From NCBI GenBank assembly GCA_002215665.1, contig NGFL01000063.1, positions 8,049 through 72,048 on the forward strand: a stretch of DNA of 64,000 nt, given 5' to 3'. The position numbers were made by a program, and so were the translations under genes. Numbering within the stretch: position 1 is the first letter of the stretch; each line of letters starts with the position of its first letter. The DNA comes from a candidate division TA06 bacterium JGI_Cruoil_03_38_101. Lineage in GTDB: Bacteria > Hydrothermota > UBA3072. This document shows positions 1-9,270 of the stretch, in pieces. The notes beneath the pieces were generated by a model. That model had not been told where the DNA came from. It did not search any database and worked only from the letters and a program-made list of their open reading frames with translations.

Positions 1-60
1 ATTTTTGGCATTTACTATTGATAAAAATATCATAAAAAAAGTCAACCTCAATTTTACCCC

Positions 61-89
61 TTGACATCCTTCTTCTTGCATTTTAATAT
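61..89 (+). promoter_or_regulatory. sigma70-like promoter (TTGACA-17-TAATAT) driving SRP RNA
   Basis: TTGACA at 61-66, 17-nt spacer, TAATAT at 84-89; predicted TSS ~96 coincides with the 5' end of the SRP RNA helix. Confidence 0.45.
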
Positions 90-95
90 AGATAT

Positions 96-372
96 GCCAG
101 TCGCACTAAGCGGGGTGCTAGCGGTACCCTTAACCTGTAATCCGCTATAGCAGGGCTGAAAGCTTGCATGAATTTATTTTCTTTTATTATGGGCTTCTGA
201 AGAGGGCGATGAAGTTTGGGTCCTTCATAGAGTTAAACTTTGGACCCCGTCAGGTCCGGAAGGAAGCAGCGGTAAGAAGATTTTATCTCTGATGAAGGGG
301 TGCCTGAATGGAGTTTTTCTTTGGGTGAACCGATAAAATAAAGTAGGTGAAGCAAGTTGTGCGACTGGTGGA
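96..372 (+). ncRNA. ffs: Signal recognition particle RNA, long Bacillus-type form with Alu domain (scRNA/4.5S)
   Basis: Domain IV conserved motif GUCAGGUCCGGAAGGAAGCAGC at ~249-272 inside a hairpin (ccttcatagag / ctctgatgaagg). 5' Alu-like motifs GGUGCUAG...CCUGUAAUCC...CAGGGCUGA at ~110-150 resemble 7SL/Alu. Terminal helix 5' gccagtcgcac pairs with 3' gtgcgactggtg (~360-371). Located upstream of dnaX as in many bacteria. Ends approximate (+/-5). Confidence 0.75.
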
Positions 373-381
373 AAACAAAAT

Positions 382-1887
382 ATGGGATATTTAGTTTTAA
401 CGCGAAAATATAGGCCACAGAATTTCAATGAAGTCATAGGACAACAACATGTTACTAGGACCTTAATGTCAGCTCTGAAGGATGGAAGAGTTGGGCATTC
501 CTATCTATTTGCAGGTCCAAGGGGCGTGGGGAAAACATCTGTCGCACGCATCCTGGCTAAAGCTGTAAATTGCGAAAAAGGCGTGATGCAGAATCCCTGC
601 AATGAATGTGGAACCTGCAAGGCGATCACAAAGGGAAATTCAGTAGATGTTATTGAAATAGATGGAGCATCCAATAGAGGCATTGATGAAATAAGGGATC
701 TAAGAGCAGCAGTATCCTACATCCCATCCCAAACGAGATATAAGATATATATAATAGATGAGGTTCATATGCTCACCAAAGAGGCTTTTAATGCTCTCCT
801 TAAGACTCTTGAAGAACCTCCTTCTCATGTTATTTTCATCTTTGCGACAACAGAGCCACAAAAGGTCCCAAAAACAGTTCTTTCACGCTGTCAAAGATTC
901 GATTTCAGGCTACTCACGGAAAAGGAAATCTTTCAGAAATTGAAGAAACTCATTGAATTAGAATCTGTGGAAGCAGATGATGAATCTTTATCATTAATAG
1001 CATCTCGAGCAGAAGGGGCAATAAGAGATGCAGAAGGAATGCTTGAACAATTGATTTCCTATTCCAAAGGGAAGATTATATCGAAAGATGTTAGAGAGGT
1101 ATTCGGATTTATAGGGGATGAACTCTATATAAAATTATTTAAAGGGATATCGACCCGTGACGAAGCTTCTATCATTGAAGGTGTAGAGGAAGTGGCTCAG
1201 AAAGGCTGTGATTTGATGGAATTTACATCTGGATGGCTCAAATTCCTACGCCGCCTGCTCTTATGTAATCTTAGAATTAAAGATCCCACTACTGTAGAGG
1301 TTAATGAGAATGTGGTTAAACTTGCAAAAAGTGTATCTGTTGAATTTATAACAGCGGCCCTAAATCTTTCTGCGGATCTCGAAAAGGATATAAAAAACAT
1401 TTCCTACTCACCTATTTATCTTGAATTAGCGATGCTAAGAATGGCACAGATACCGGATCTCAGGGATATAAATGCATTAATAGAAGAAATCTCAAAACCC
1501 TCCTCAAAAGAAAAGAAACATGTTGAGCCTTCTCAAGGAGAATCCACTATTAATTATAGGAAGACAGAAGTTGAGCCAAGAGAGGTATGGGAAAGGATTG
1601 TCCAGGCTATCAATGGAACCCGTGGTAATAATTTCCTTAAGGTTTTCTTGAAAGATGCTGATGTTGTCTCATTTAATAATAACTGCCTGCGATTGAGAGT
1701 TTCCTCAACCCATAAAGAACACTTAAAAGAGAATATCGGTTTCTTGAAAGAAGCCGGAAAAGATGTAATGGGGGAGGATATAGAGATTGATATAATAGCT
1801 TCTGAGAAACCCGTTGAGAAAGCCTTAAGAGCTCATCCAATGGTCAAGAAGATAAAGGAGATTTTTAATGCTGAGGAATATATTTGA
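382..1887 (+). CDS. dnaX: DNA polymerase III subunits gamma/tau
   Basis: 501 aa; Walker A GPRGVGKTS; zinc module CEKGVMQNPCNECGTCKAI; DEVHML, SRC (SRCQRF) motifs. Confidence 0.95.
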   Translation: MGYLVLTRKYRPQNFNEVIGQQHVTRTLMSALKDGRVGHSYLFAGPRGVGKTSVARILAKAVNCEKGVMQNPCNECGTCKAITKGNSVDVIEIDGASNRGIDEIRDLRAAVSYIPSQTRYKIYIIDEVHMLTKEAFNALLKTLEEPPSHVIFIFATTEPQKVPKTVLSRCQRFDFRLLTEKEIFQKLKKLIELESVEADDESLSLIASRAEGAIRDAEGMLEQLISYSKGKIISKDVREVFGFIGDELYIKLFKGISTRDEASIIEGVEEVAQKGCDLMEFTSGWLKFLRRLLLCNLRIKDPTTVEVNENVVKLAKSVSVEFITAALNLSADLEKDIKNISYSPIYLELAMLRMAQIPDLRDINALIEEISKPSSKEKKHVEPSQGESTINYRKTEVEPREVWERIVQAINGTRGNNFLKVFLKDADVVSFNNNCLRLRVSSTHKEHLKENIGFLKEAGKDVMGEDIEIDIIASEKPVEKALRAHPMVKKIKEIFNAEEYI

Positions 1888-2182
1888 TTCGGAATCTCTT
1901 AAGAAGAAGGTTGAAGAGATAAAAAATGAGTTAGAAAAGGAGAAGATCGTTGCTGAAAGTGGTGGAGGTATGGTGAAAGTCCGTCTGAATGGGCTTGGTG
2001 AGATTACTAATTTAGAGATTGAAGACGGCTTGTTTAAAGGAGAAGATAAGGATATGACCGAGGATCTAATAGTTGCAGCCATCAACAAGAGCAAAGAAAA
2101 GGTAAAGGAATTATGGCAGGAGAAATTGAAAGACTTCCTTGGATTTTTGCCTCTACCCGGAATAAATGATTTAATAACGTGA
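1868..2182 (+). CDS. ybaB: Nucleoid-associated protein YbaB/EbfC
   Basis: 104 aa; conserved dnaX-ybaB-recR order; typical YbaB size and sequence (GGGMVKV..., coiled N-terminus). Confidence 0.85.
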   Translation: MLRNIFDSESLKKKVEEIKNELEKEKIVAESGGGMVKVRLNGLGEITNLEIEDGLFKGEDKDMTEDLIVAAINKSKEKVKELWQEKLKDFLGFLPLPGINDLIT

Positions 2183-2778
2183 AGCCCCCAAAGATATTCT
2201 TGCATCTTACCCAAGCGCTTCAAATCCTACCAGGAATTGGAGAAAAGTCTGCCAATAGAATAGCATTTTATCTCCTTTCAAATTCCAAAGAGGGTAGGAA
2301 AATTGCTGTCTCTTTAGAGAAAGTCCTGGCTGATATAAAATTCTGTAGTGTCTGTGGCAATATAACGATTGAAGATCCCTGTTTAATCTGCAGTTCTCTG
2401 GAAAGGGACAGATCTACTATTTGTGTTGTTCAGAAACCAATGGATGTTTTTGCAATTGAAAGGGCAGGGATTTATAATGGCTTATACCATGTTTTGGGCG
2501 GCCTTCTTTCCCCTCTGGAGGATACGGGTCCAGAGGATATAAATATTACTTCTTTAATCAAGAGAGTGAAAGGAGGGAACACCGAAGAGGTTATTATTGC
2601 GACAAATCCAACAACGGAGGGTGAAGCCACAGCAATACATCTTGAAGGAGAACTAAGGCCCCTTGGTGTAAAGGTGACTCGAATTGCCCGTGGTATCCCA
2701 GTTGGAACCGATCTTGATTTTGCAGACGACATAACCCTTCTTAGAGCTTTGGAAGGGAGAAGAGAATTCAAGGGTTAA
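2179..2778 (+). CDS. recR: Recombination protein RecR
   Basis: 199 aa; C4 zinc finger CSVCGNITIEDPCLICS; Toprim-like domain; GTG start overlapping ybaB stop. Confidence 0.93.
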   Translation: MKPPKIFLHLTQALQILPGIGEKSANRIAFYLLSNSKEGRKIAVSLEKVLADIKFCSVCGNITIEDPCLICSSLERDRSTICVVQKPMDVFAIERAGIYNGLYHVLGGLLSPLEDTGPEDINITSLIKRVKGGNTEEVIIATNPTTEGEATAIHLEGELRPLGVKVTRIARGIPVGTDLDFADDITLLRALEGRREFKG

Positions 2779-2786
2779 GGAAGGGG

Positions 2787-2814
2787 TTGACAAAGTGTTT
2801 TTTAAAGCTATATT
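2787..2814 (+). promoter_or_regulatory. sigma70-like promoter for tRNA-fMet (TTGACA-16-TATATT)
   Basis: TTGACA 2787-2792, TATATT ~2809-2814; TSS predicted ~2 nt before the tRNA 5' end. Confidence 0.5.
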
Positions 2815-2823
2815 TAAATTTGA

Positions 2824-2897
<74 letters not shown>

Positions 2898-2920
2898 TTT
2901 TTATTATCATATAATTTTAT

Positions 2921-3595
2921 ATGAGTTTTATAGTAGCAATTGATGGAACCTCAGGATCCGGAAAGACAATAACAGCGAGAATGGTTGCAGAGCGTCTTGG
3001 TTGGATGTACCTGGATACAGGGGCAACTTATAGAGCAGTGACCTATTGGGTTTTAAAACAGGGAAAGGATCCTGAGAATGAGAAAGAAGTTACCCAGCTA
3101 TTAGAAGGTTTAGATTTAGATGTGAAAAATACCGAAGAAGGACAAAGAACATATGTTAATGGTGAGGATGAAACTAACAAGCTCAGAACGGATGAGATTG
3201 ATCGATGGGTGACCCCTGTATCGAAAATGACCACAGTTCGAGAATGGTTGGTAAGAGTTCAGAGGAAGATAGTAGATGGCAAAAATGCTGTTGTTGAGGG
3301 TAGAGATATTGGAACTGTTGTTTTCCCCAATGCGGATCTAAAGATATATATGGATGCCAAATTAGAGGTTAGGGCAGAGAGAAGAAAGAAACAAAAAGGC
3401 GAGGCTAAGGATATAGAAGAGGTGAAGAGAGATCTCCTGCGAAGAGATTATCACGATTCAACAAGAAAGGATAGCCCTCTTAAGAGAAGCCTTAATGCTC
3501 TTAGCCTTGATACCACTTCCCTTTCTATAGAAGAGCAGGTGGAGAGGGCTGTTTCAGAAATAAAACATCTGAATGAGAGCACGTCTTCAATATAA
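2921..3595 (+). CDS. cmk: Cytidylate kinase
   Basis: 224 aa; IAIDGTSGSGKTITARMVAERLGWMYLDTGATYRAV. Confidence 0.92.
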   Translation: MSFIVAIDGTSGSGKTITARMVAERLGWMYLDTGATYRAVTYWVLKQGKDPENEKEVTQLLEGLDLDVKNTEEGQRTYVNGEDETNKLRTDEIDRWVTPVSKMTTVREWLVRVQRKIVDGKNAVVEGRDIGTVVFPNADLKIYMDAKLEVRAERRKKQKGEAKDIEEVKRDLLRRDYHDSTRKDSPLKRSLNALSLDTTSLSIEEQVERAVSEIKHLNESTSSI

Positions 3596-4175
3596 ATACG
3601 GTGTATCTATACTGTACCATTCTTTTGGAATCCTATTTGGTCTAAAAATAGAAGGTGTATCAAATGTGCCAAAAAATGGAAGAGTTATTCTTGCGTGCAA
3701 CCATCGTTCTAATTATGATCCTCCTTTGGTAGGATGTTGTATTCATACACGTCCCATCTATTATTTTGCTAAGAAGTGTCTCTTTAACTCCAGGTTCTCA
3801 TCCGAGTTTCTTAAAAGCCTCAACGCAATCCCCGTTGATACCGAGAATCTTAGTGTCAAAACAATGAAGAAGTTTATAAATCTTCTAAAAGAAGGAGAAG
3901 CCCTAATGGTTTTTCCTGAGGGGACTAGATCAAAAACTAATGAGTTCTTAGAAGCACAGCCAGGTGTTGGGTATCTTTCATTGAAAACCAATACGATGGT
4001 GCTGCCTGTATTTATCAAGGGAACTCATGAACCAATGATAAGACATTTCTTTCGAAGATCTCCTCTATTGGTAAAATTTGGCAAACCCATCTATCCTTAT
4101 TTTAAAAAGGTAAGCAAAGAAAATGCCAGGGCGTTTTCTAATCTAATACTCGAGGAAATAAAGAAGTTGGCTTGA
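3573..4175 (+). CDS. plsC: 1-acyl-sn-glycerol-3-phosphate acyltransferase
   Basis: 200 aa; NHRSNYDPP (HX4D-type) and FPEGTRS motifs; start overlaps cmk so the true start is uncertain. Confidence 0.8.
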   Translation: MRARLQYKYGVSILYHSFGILFGLKIEGVSNVPKNGRVILACNHRSNYDPPLVGCCIHTRPIYYFAKKCLFNSRFSSEFLKSLNAIPVDTENLSVKTMKKFINLLKEGEALMVFPEGTRSKTNEFLEAQPGVGYLSLKTNTMVLPVFIKGTHEPMIRHFFRRSPLLVKFGKPIYPYFKKVSKENARAFSNLILEEIKKLA

Positions 4176-5053
4176 TGAAGATCATAATTGCTAAAGATAT
4201 AGGTTTCTGTTTTGGTGTAAAGCGAGCAATAAAGATTGCTCGAGATACGAGAAAGAAGACCGATGAAAATGTCTGGACTTTAGGTTCTATTATCCACAAC
4301 CCTCAGGTTGTGGATAAGCTGAAAGGAGAAGGAATTGTGCCTGCAAATGACCTCGATGAGATTGATTCAGGTTATGTTATAATTAGATCTCATGGAGCCC
4401 GCCCTGAAGTACTCCAGGAAATCAAAAAGAGAGGTTTTACCGTAGTGGATGCTACCTGCCCTCTTGTCAAAAGGGCCCAGGAGAAAGCAAGGAAACTCTC
4501 AAATGAAGGCTATGAGACTTTTGTGATTGGAGATAAGGAACATCCAGAAATAATGGGGATTGTGGGGCAAACTGAAGGAAGAATTCAGGTGATAGATACC
4601 AGATGCGATTGGTCCATTGATGAAAAGGAAAAAGTAGGTTTGATCGCGCAGACTACCCAATCGTTAGAAACCCTTGAAAAAGTAATCCAGAAAATACTCC
4701 CTAAAGTAAAGGAATTGAGAGTTTTCAATACTATTTGTGATGTAACAAACAGGAGACAAAAAGAAGTTAAAAAACTTGCCAGGGGGTCAGATCTTATGAT
4801 TGTGATTGGAGGCAGGAAGAGTGCTAATACTTCAAGATTAGCTTCAATCGCCAGAGAAGAGGGTTGTAAAACATGTCATATAGAACAGGCGGAGGAACTT
4901 AAAGGTGAGTGGTTTACCCCTAAAAGTAAGGTTGGTGTTACAGCTGGGGCTTCAACGCCTGATTGGATAATAAAAGAAGTTGTTAGTAAATTGGAACAAA
5001 TGGATAAAAAGGAGGAAATACTACATGGACGAAGAATTAGATCCCGTGATTGA
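4172..5053 (+). CDS. ispH: 4-hydroxy-3-methylbut-2-enyl diphosphate reductase
   Basis: 293 aa; LytB/IspH family with 3 conserved Cys; TTG start; C-terminus overlaps the rpsA start. Confidence 0.9.
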   Translation: MMKIIIAKDIGFCFGVKRAIKIARDTRKKTDENVWTLGSIIHNPQVVDKLKGEGIVPANDLDEIDSGYVIIRSHGARPEVLQEIKKRGFTVVDATCPLVKRAQEKARKLSNEGYETFVIGDKEHPEIMGIVGQTEGRIQVIDTRCDWSIDEKEKVGLIAQTTQSLETLEKVIQKILPKVKELRVFNTICDVTNRRQKEVKKLARGSDLMIVIGGRKSANTSRLASIAREEGCKTCHIEQAEELKGEWFTPKSKVGVTAGASTPDWIIKEVVSKLEQMDKKEEILHGRRIRSRD

Positions 5054-6704
5054 ACCAATAAGCGAGGAGGAAGCAACCAATTTACTGGATAAGTATGTTG
5101 AGAATGCATCTCCAGAAACTGGCCTGGTTAAAGGGAAAATAGTCAAGATTACAGAGAACGAAGTTTTGGTAAATGTGGGTCTGAAATCAGAAGGCATAAT
5201 ACCGATTGATGATTTTAATTCGGTTTCGGATTTCCAAGTGGGTGATGCGGTTGATGTTTACCTCGATGATATAGGAGGTGCTCGAGGTCTTGCAATGATT
5301 TCAAAGAGAAAGGCAGATTTCATTAAAGTCTGGGATGATGTGAAGAAGGCTTACCAGGAGGGAATACCTGTTGAAGCGGAGGTGGTGAGAAGGGTGAAAG
5401 GTGGTCTGATGGTCAAAATTTTTGACACAGAATCCTTTCTCCCGGGTTCCCAGATTGATATAAGGCCAGCAAGAGAAGTTGATATTGAAATTGGGGATAA
5501 GTTTGATGTTCGGATCATAAAGGTAAACTTCAAGAGGCGAAATATTGTGGTCTCAAGGAGAGTCCTTATAGAAGAGGAGCAGCAAGCCAGAATTGAGAAA
5601 TTCTTTGAGGAGATTAAGGAAGGAGAAGTGATAGAAGGTACAGTTAAGAACATCACTGAATTTGGGGCTTTTATCGATCTTGGAGGAATAGATGGACTAC
5701 TCCATATAACCGATATGTCCTGGGGTAGAATCAATCATCCTTCTGAAATGCTCTCCATCGGGAATAAGGTTAAGGTAAAAGTGAAAAGGGTGGATAAAGA
5801 GGCTAAAAGGATCTCCCTTGGAATGAAACAGTTGAACCCAGATCCCTGGAAGAATATCCAGGAGCGCTATAAGATTGGGGATCAGGCTAAAGGAAAAGTG
5901 GTATCCCTTATGGATTATGGAGCATTCGTGGAACTCGAACCAGGGGTTGAAGGTCTGATCCACATCTCAGAGATGTCCTGGACAAAACATATCAAACATC
6001 CATCAGAGGTAATGAAGGTCGGAGAAGAAGTAGATGCGATAGTTTTGGAGGCGGATGAGAAAGCCAGGAAGGTCTCGTTGGGTCTCCGTCAGGCTATCCC
6101 AGACCCCTGGGAGAATGTCCAAGAAAAATATCCTGAAGGCTCTGTTGTTAAAGGCAAAGTTGTCAATCTTACTTCTTTTGGGGCCTTTATCCAATTGGAA
6201 GAAGGGGTAGAAGGTCTTCTCCATATTTCTGATATATCTTGGACTAGAAGGATCAATCATCCCAGGGATACGTTTGATAAAGGGGAAATGATCAAGTGTA
6301 AGGTTCTTTCTATCGATCCTAAAGAAAGGCGAATTTCCCTGGGTTTAAAACAGCTTAAAGGAGATCCCATAAAAATCTTTGTAGAAAAATACCCTGTGGG
6401 GAGCAATGTTGTTGGGAAAATCTATGAAATGCTTCCAAGAGGGGTTATTGTTTCTCTTGGCAAAGGTCTGAAAGGATTTGTTCCATTTTCGCATCTGGCA
6501 AAGGAGAATATGAAAAAGCCCAAAGATAGATACTCATTGGGGGAGAAATTAAAATTGAAGGTTATAGAGATTGATGTTGATAGAAGGAATATTGTTCTCT
6601 CTGAGAAGGAGTATTTTGAAAAACAGAAGGAAAAGTACGAAAAACCAAAGTCTCATAAGGAAGAAGATTCACTAGATGCAATGATGGAGGAAGGAGAGGA
6701 GTAA
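4980..6704 (+). CDS. rpsA: 30S ribosomal protein S1 (likely starts at the internal ATG ~5025, MDEELDPV)
   Basis: Six S1 domains (repeated GxV..I..FGAFV...G..GL.HISE motifs); conserved cmk-(plsC)-ispH-rpsA arrangement. Confidence 0.92.
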   Translation: MLVNWNKWIKRRKYYMDEELDPVIEPISEEEATNLLDKYVENASPETGLVKGKIVKITENEVLVNVGLKSEGIIPIDDFNSVSDFQVGDAVDVYLDDIGGARGLAMISKRKADFIKVWDDVKKAYQEGIPVEAEVVRRVKGGLMVKIFDTESFLPGSQIDIRPAREVDIEIGDKFDVRIIKVNFKRRNIVVSRRVLIEEEQQARIEKFFEEIKEGEVIEGTVKNITEFGAFIDLGGIDGLLHITDMSWGRINHPSEMLSIGNKVKVKVKRVDKEAKRISLGMKQLNPDPWKNIQERYKIGDQAKGKVVSLMDYGAFVELEPGVEGLIHISEMSWTKHIKHPSEVMKVGEEVDAIVLEADEKARKVSLGLRQAIPDPWENVQEKYPEGSVVKGKVVNLTSFGAFIQLEEGVEGLLHISDISWTRRINHPRDTFDKGEMIKCKVLSIDPKERRISLGLKQLKGDPIKIFVEKYPVGSNVVGKIYEMLPRGVIVSLGKGLKGFVPFSHLAKENMKKPKDRYSLGEKLKLKVIEIDVDRRNIVLSEKEYFEKQKEKYEKPKSHKEEDSLDAMMEEGEE

Positions 6705-6706
6705 AA

Positions 6707-8434
6707 TTGCTTTATTCAACTGAAAAGGTAAATACTAAATATATCGTTGTGGTTGGTGGTGTGATGAGTGGAGTTGGAAAGGGAATAGCTACAGCATCAA
6801 TAGCAAGGATAATGGAGAATTACGGGTATTCCTCCACCGCTATAAAAATTGATCCATATATTAACTATGATGCAGGAACTCTTAGACCGACTGAACATGG
6901 GGAAGTATGGGTAACGGATGATGGAGGCGAGATAGATCAGGACCTTGGCAGTTACGAAAGATTTCTCTCGAAAGACATTCCAAAGAGAAACAATATTACA
7001 ACCGGGCAGATATATAAGAGAGTTATTGATCGGGAAAGATCGGGTAAGTATCTTGGAAAGACCGTTCAATTCATTCCCCACATTCCTGAAGAAATTATCA
7101 GGAGAATAGAGGAGGCTTCGAAGGGCTTTGAAGTGGCGATAATTGAAATTGGAGGAACAATTGGTGACTATGAGAATATACCCTATCTCTTTGCAGTAAA
7201 GAGCCTATCTCGTTTGGAAGGCAGGGATAATGTTGCTGTCGTGATGCTTACCTACTTGCCAATTCCCTCCCACATCAATGAGATGAAGACCAAACCGGCT
7301 CAACAGGCAATCAGACAACTTTCAGAGCATGCAATATTTCCGGATATTATTCTCTGCCGGGCGAAGGCACCCTTGGATCGGGTGAGGAAGGGGAAGATTG
7401 AAACCTACGCCAATATTGAAGCTGAATATGTTATTTCTGCCCCTGATGTAGATTGCGTATATGAAGTTCCCTTGAATTTTGAGAAAGAGAATTTGGGAAA
7501 GAAACTACTTAAGCGTTTAAGACTTCCCGCAAAGCAAAAACCAGATTGGAGTGGCTGGAGGAAACTACTTAAGGGAATAACCAATCCTGAAAAAAAACTA
7601 AGGGTTGCAATGGTATGTAAATATCTTGATATTGGTGAATTTTCTCTTAAGGATTCTTATATCTCTGTATCTCAGGCTCTCGTGGATGCAGGGGCAAGGG
7701 AGAAAGTTGGAGTTTCCATCAAATGGATCGATGCCAAGGATATCCAGGAGAGTGGAACAGAGTGTCTTGAAGATGTTGATGGTATCATTGTCCCTGGAGG
7801 CTTTGGTTCATCAGGAATCCAGGGGAAGATAGAAGCCATTCGTTATGCAAGAGAAAATAATATTCCATACCTTGGATTATGTCTGGGCATGCAACTCGCA
7901 CTGGTTGAGTTTGCAAGGAATGTTATGTGCCTTCCTGATTCAAACTCAAGGGAATTTGATCCTGAAAATATTCATCCAATAGTTGATTATCTCGGAGAAC
8001 AGAGAAAGATTTTAGAGAAAGAAAAATTTGGTGCTACAATGCGTTTGGGGGCTTATGCTGCGCAGTTAAAGAGGAACTCAAAGGTAGCCAGATGGTACAA
8101 AGAGACAGGCAGATTGGAAAAGGACAGGGAGAGATTAAAAAACATTAAGGAGAATTTTAGATTGGGAGTTATAGATGAAAAAGAGCCGGTGGTCCTTGAA
8201 CGGCATCGTCATCGATATGAAGTTAATCCCGATTATATCAGTGATTTTGAGGAATCAGGAGTTATATTTAGCGGATTTCATAGACCTCTTCAGGGGAAAC
8301 CTCTTATGGAATTTATGGAATTACCGAATCACCCATTCTTTGTTGCAACACAGGCGCATCCAGAATTCAAGTCCCGACTTGAAGACCCAGCTCCTCTCTT
8401 TGTAGGTTTTATAAGAAGTATTCTTTCTAAGTGA
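6707..8434 (+). CDS. pyrG: CTP synthase
   Basis: 575 aa; N-terminal synthetase domain KYIVVVGGVMSGVGKG; C-terminal GATase with GLCLGMQ catalytic Cys. Confidence 0.95.
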   Translation: MLYSTEKVNTKYIVVVGGVMSGVGKGIATASIARIMENYGYSSTAIKIDPYINYDAGTLRPTEHGEVWVTDDGGEIDQDLGSYERFLSKDIPKRNNITTGQIYKRVIDRERSGKYLGKTVQFIPHIPEEIIRRIEEASKGFEVAIIEIGGTIGDYENIPYLFAVKSLSRLEGRDNVAVVMLTYLPIPSHINEMKTKPAQQAIRQLSEHAIFPDIILCRAKAPLDRVRKGKIETYANIEAEYVISAPDVDCVYEVPLNFEKENLGKKLLKRLRLPAKQKPDWSGWRKLLKGITNPEKKLRVAMVCKYLDIGEFSLKDSYISVSQALVDAGAREKVGVSIKWIDAKDIQESGTECLEDVDGIIVPGGFGSSGIQGKIEAIRYARENNIPYLGLCLGMQLALVEFARNVMCLPDSNSREFDPENIHPIVDYLGEQRKILEKEKFGATMRLGAYAAQLKRNSKVARWYKETGRLEKDRERLKNIKENFRLGVIDEKEPVVLERHRHRYEVNPDYISDFEESGVIFSGFHRPLQGKPLMEFMELPNHPFFVATQAHPEFKSRLEDPAPLFVGFIRSILSK

Positions 8435-9183
8435 ACCTTGCCTATTATCCCAAAAGATCCTTAGCCCATTCTCTTGATCCTCGAGTAAAATTAATTTTTG
8501 TCTTTATCTTTGTGGTAACTGTTCTTTATGAACAGAACTTTCTGGCATATAGTTTTCTCGGAGGAATAGTTGTGTTACCTTTTTTCTTCTCAAAACTTCC
8601 ACCTCTGAAGATTATAAAAGGGTTTATTCCATTTTTGATCCTGGTGGTGGTAACTATTCTATTCCATTTTTTCTTAACACCAGGTGAGGTTGTGTTTGCA
8701 TTTGGTCCATTGACTGGGACTCTGGATGGTTTTAATAGGGGCATTCTCTTTTCCCTGCGGATACTTCTCATTATCCTGAGTACAATGCTTTTGGGTTTTA
8801 CAACCTCTCCCATTGATTTTGCTGAAAGTTTTTCCGGATTTTTTTCTCGATTTAAATCAAGGACAGCAAGAGAGGTCCCTATGATTATGATATTTGTTTT
8901 AAGATTTATTCCCTTGTTAATCAGGGAGGGAAAGAGAATAGTTACAGCGCAGAGGGCAAGGGGTGGGAAGGTGAGATTTGGAAGGGAATTTTTCACCATA
9001 TTGTTTCCTGTGGTGAATTGCGCGCTAAAGAGGGCAGATCAGCTTGCTCTTGCGTTGCATGCGAAGGCTTATGAACCTGGCTCAATGAGGACTTCTATCA
9101 GGGAATTTCACTTTATGCCGATAGATTATCTCTTTATAGGTTATTCTCTTTTGCCCATAGTTGTTGTGGTTCTTATCGATTAA
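8431..9183 (+). CDS. ecfT: Energy-coupling factor transporter transmembrane subunit EcfT/CbiQ family
   Basis: 250 aa polytopic membrane protein; N-terminal LAHSLDPRVKL and overall CbiQ-like topology; no adjacent EcfA genes. Confidence 0.7.
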   Translation: MNLAYYPKRSLAHSLDPRVKLIFVFIFVVTVLYEQNFLAYSFLGGIVVLPFFFSKLPPLKIIKGFIPFLILVVVTILFHFFLTPGEVVFAFGPLTGTLDGFNRGILFSLRILLIILSTMLLGFTTSPIDFAESFSGFFSRFKSRTAREVPMIMIFVLRFIPLLIREGKRIVTAQRARGGKVRFGREFFTILFPVVNCALKRADQLALALHAKAYEPGSMRTSIREFHFMPIDYLFIGYSLLPIVVVVLID

Positions 9184-9270
9184 TATTATGCATTAATAAA
9201 TCATCCTGGAGGTGTTAAAGGAACCTCGCCGAGGGTTGACTTTTTAACTCTTTCTGGATATTATAAAATT

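Noticed and set aside
1825-2223. Long antisense ORFs in the track, e.g. 1825-2223(-), 8526-8999(-), 10092-10460(-), 20403-20903(-), 37159-37710(+), 44226-44633(+), 58087-58545(-)
   Set aside because: All lie antisense to well-supported genes. Coding strands here are purine-rich (GAA/AAA/GGA), so their complements lack stop codons by composition. There are no recognisable domains and no RBS.
7495-7575. Direct nucleotide repeat gaaactacttaag (x2, ~60 nt apart) inside pyrG, suggestive of an insertion or duplication
   Set aside because: It falls in the normal synthetase-GATase linker, which is of typical length. It encodes a repeated KLLK motif and is probably a trivial local duplication, not a mobile element.
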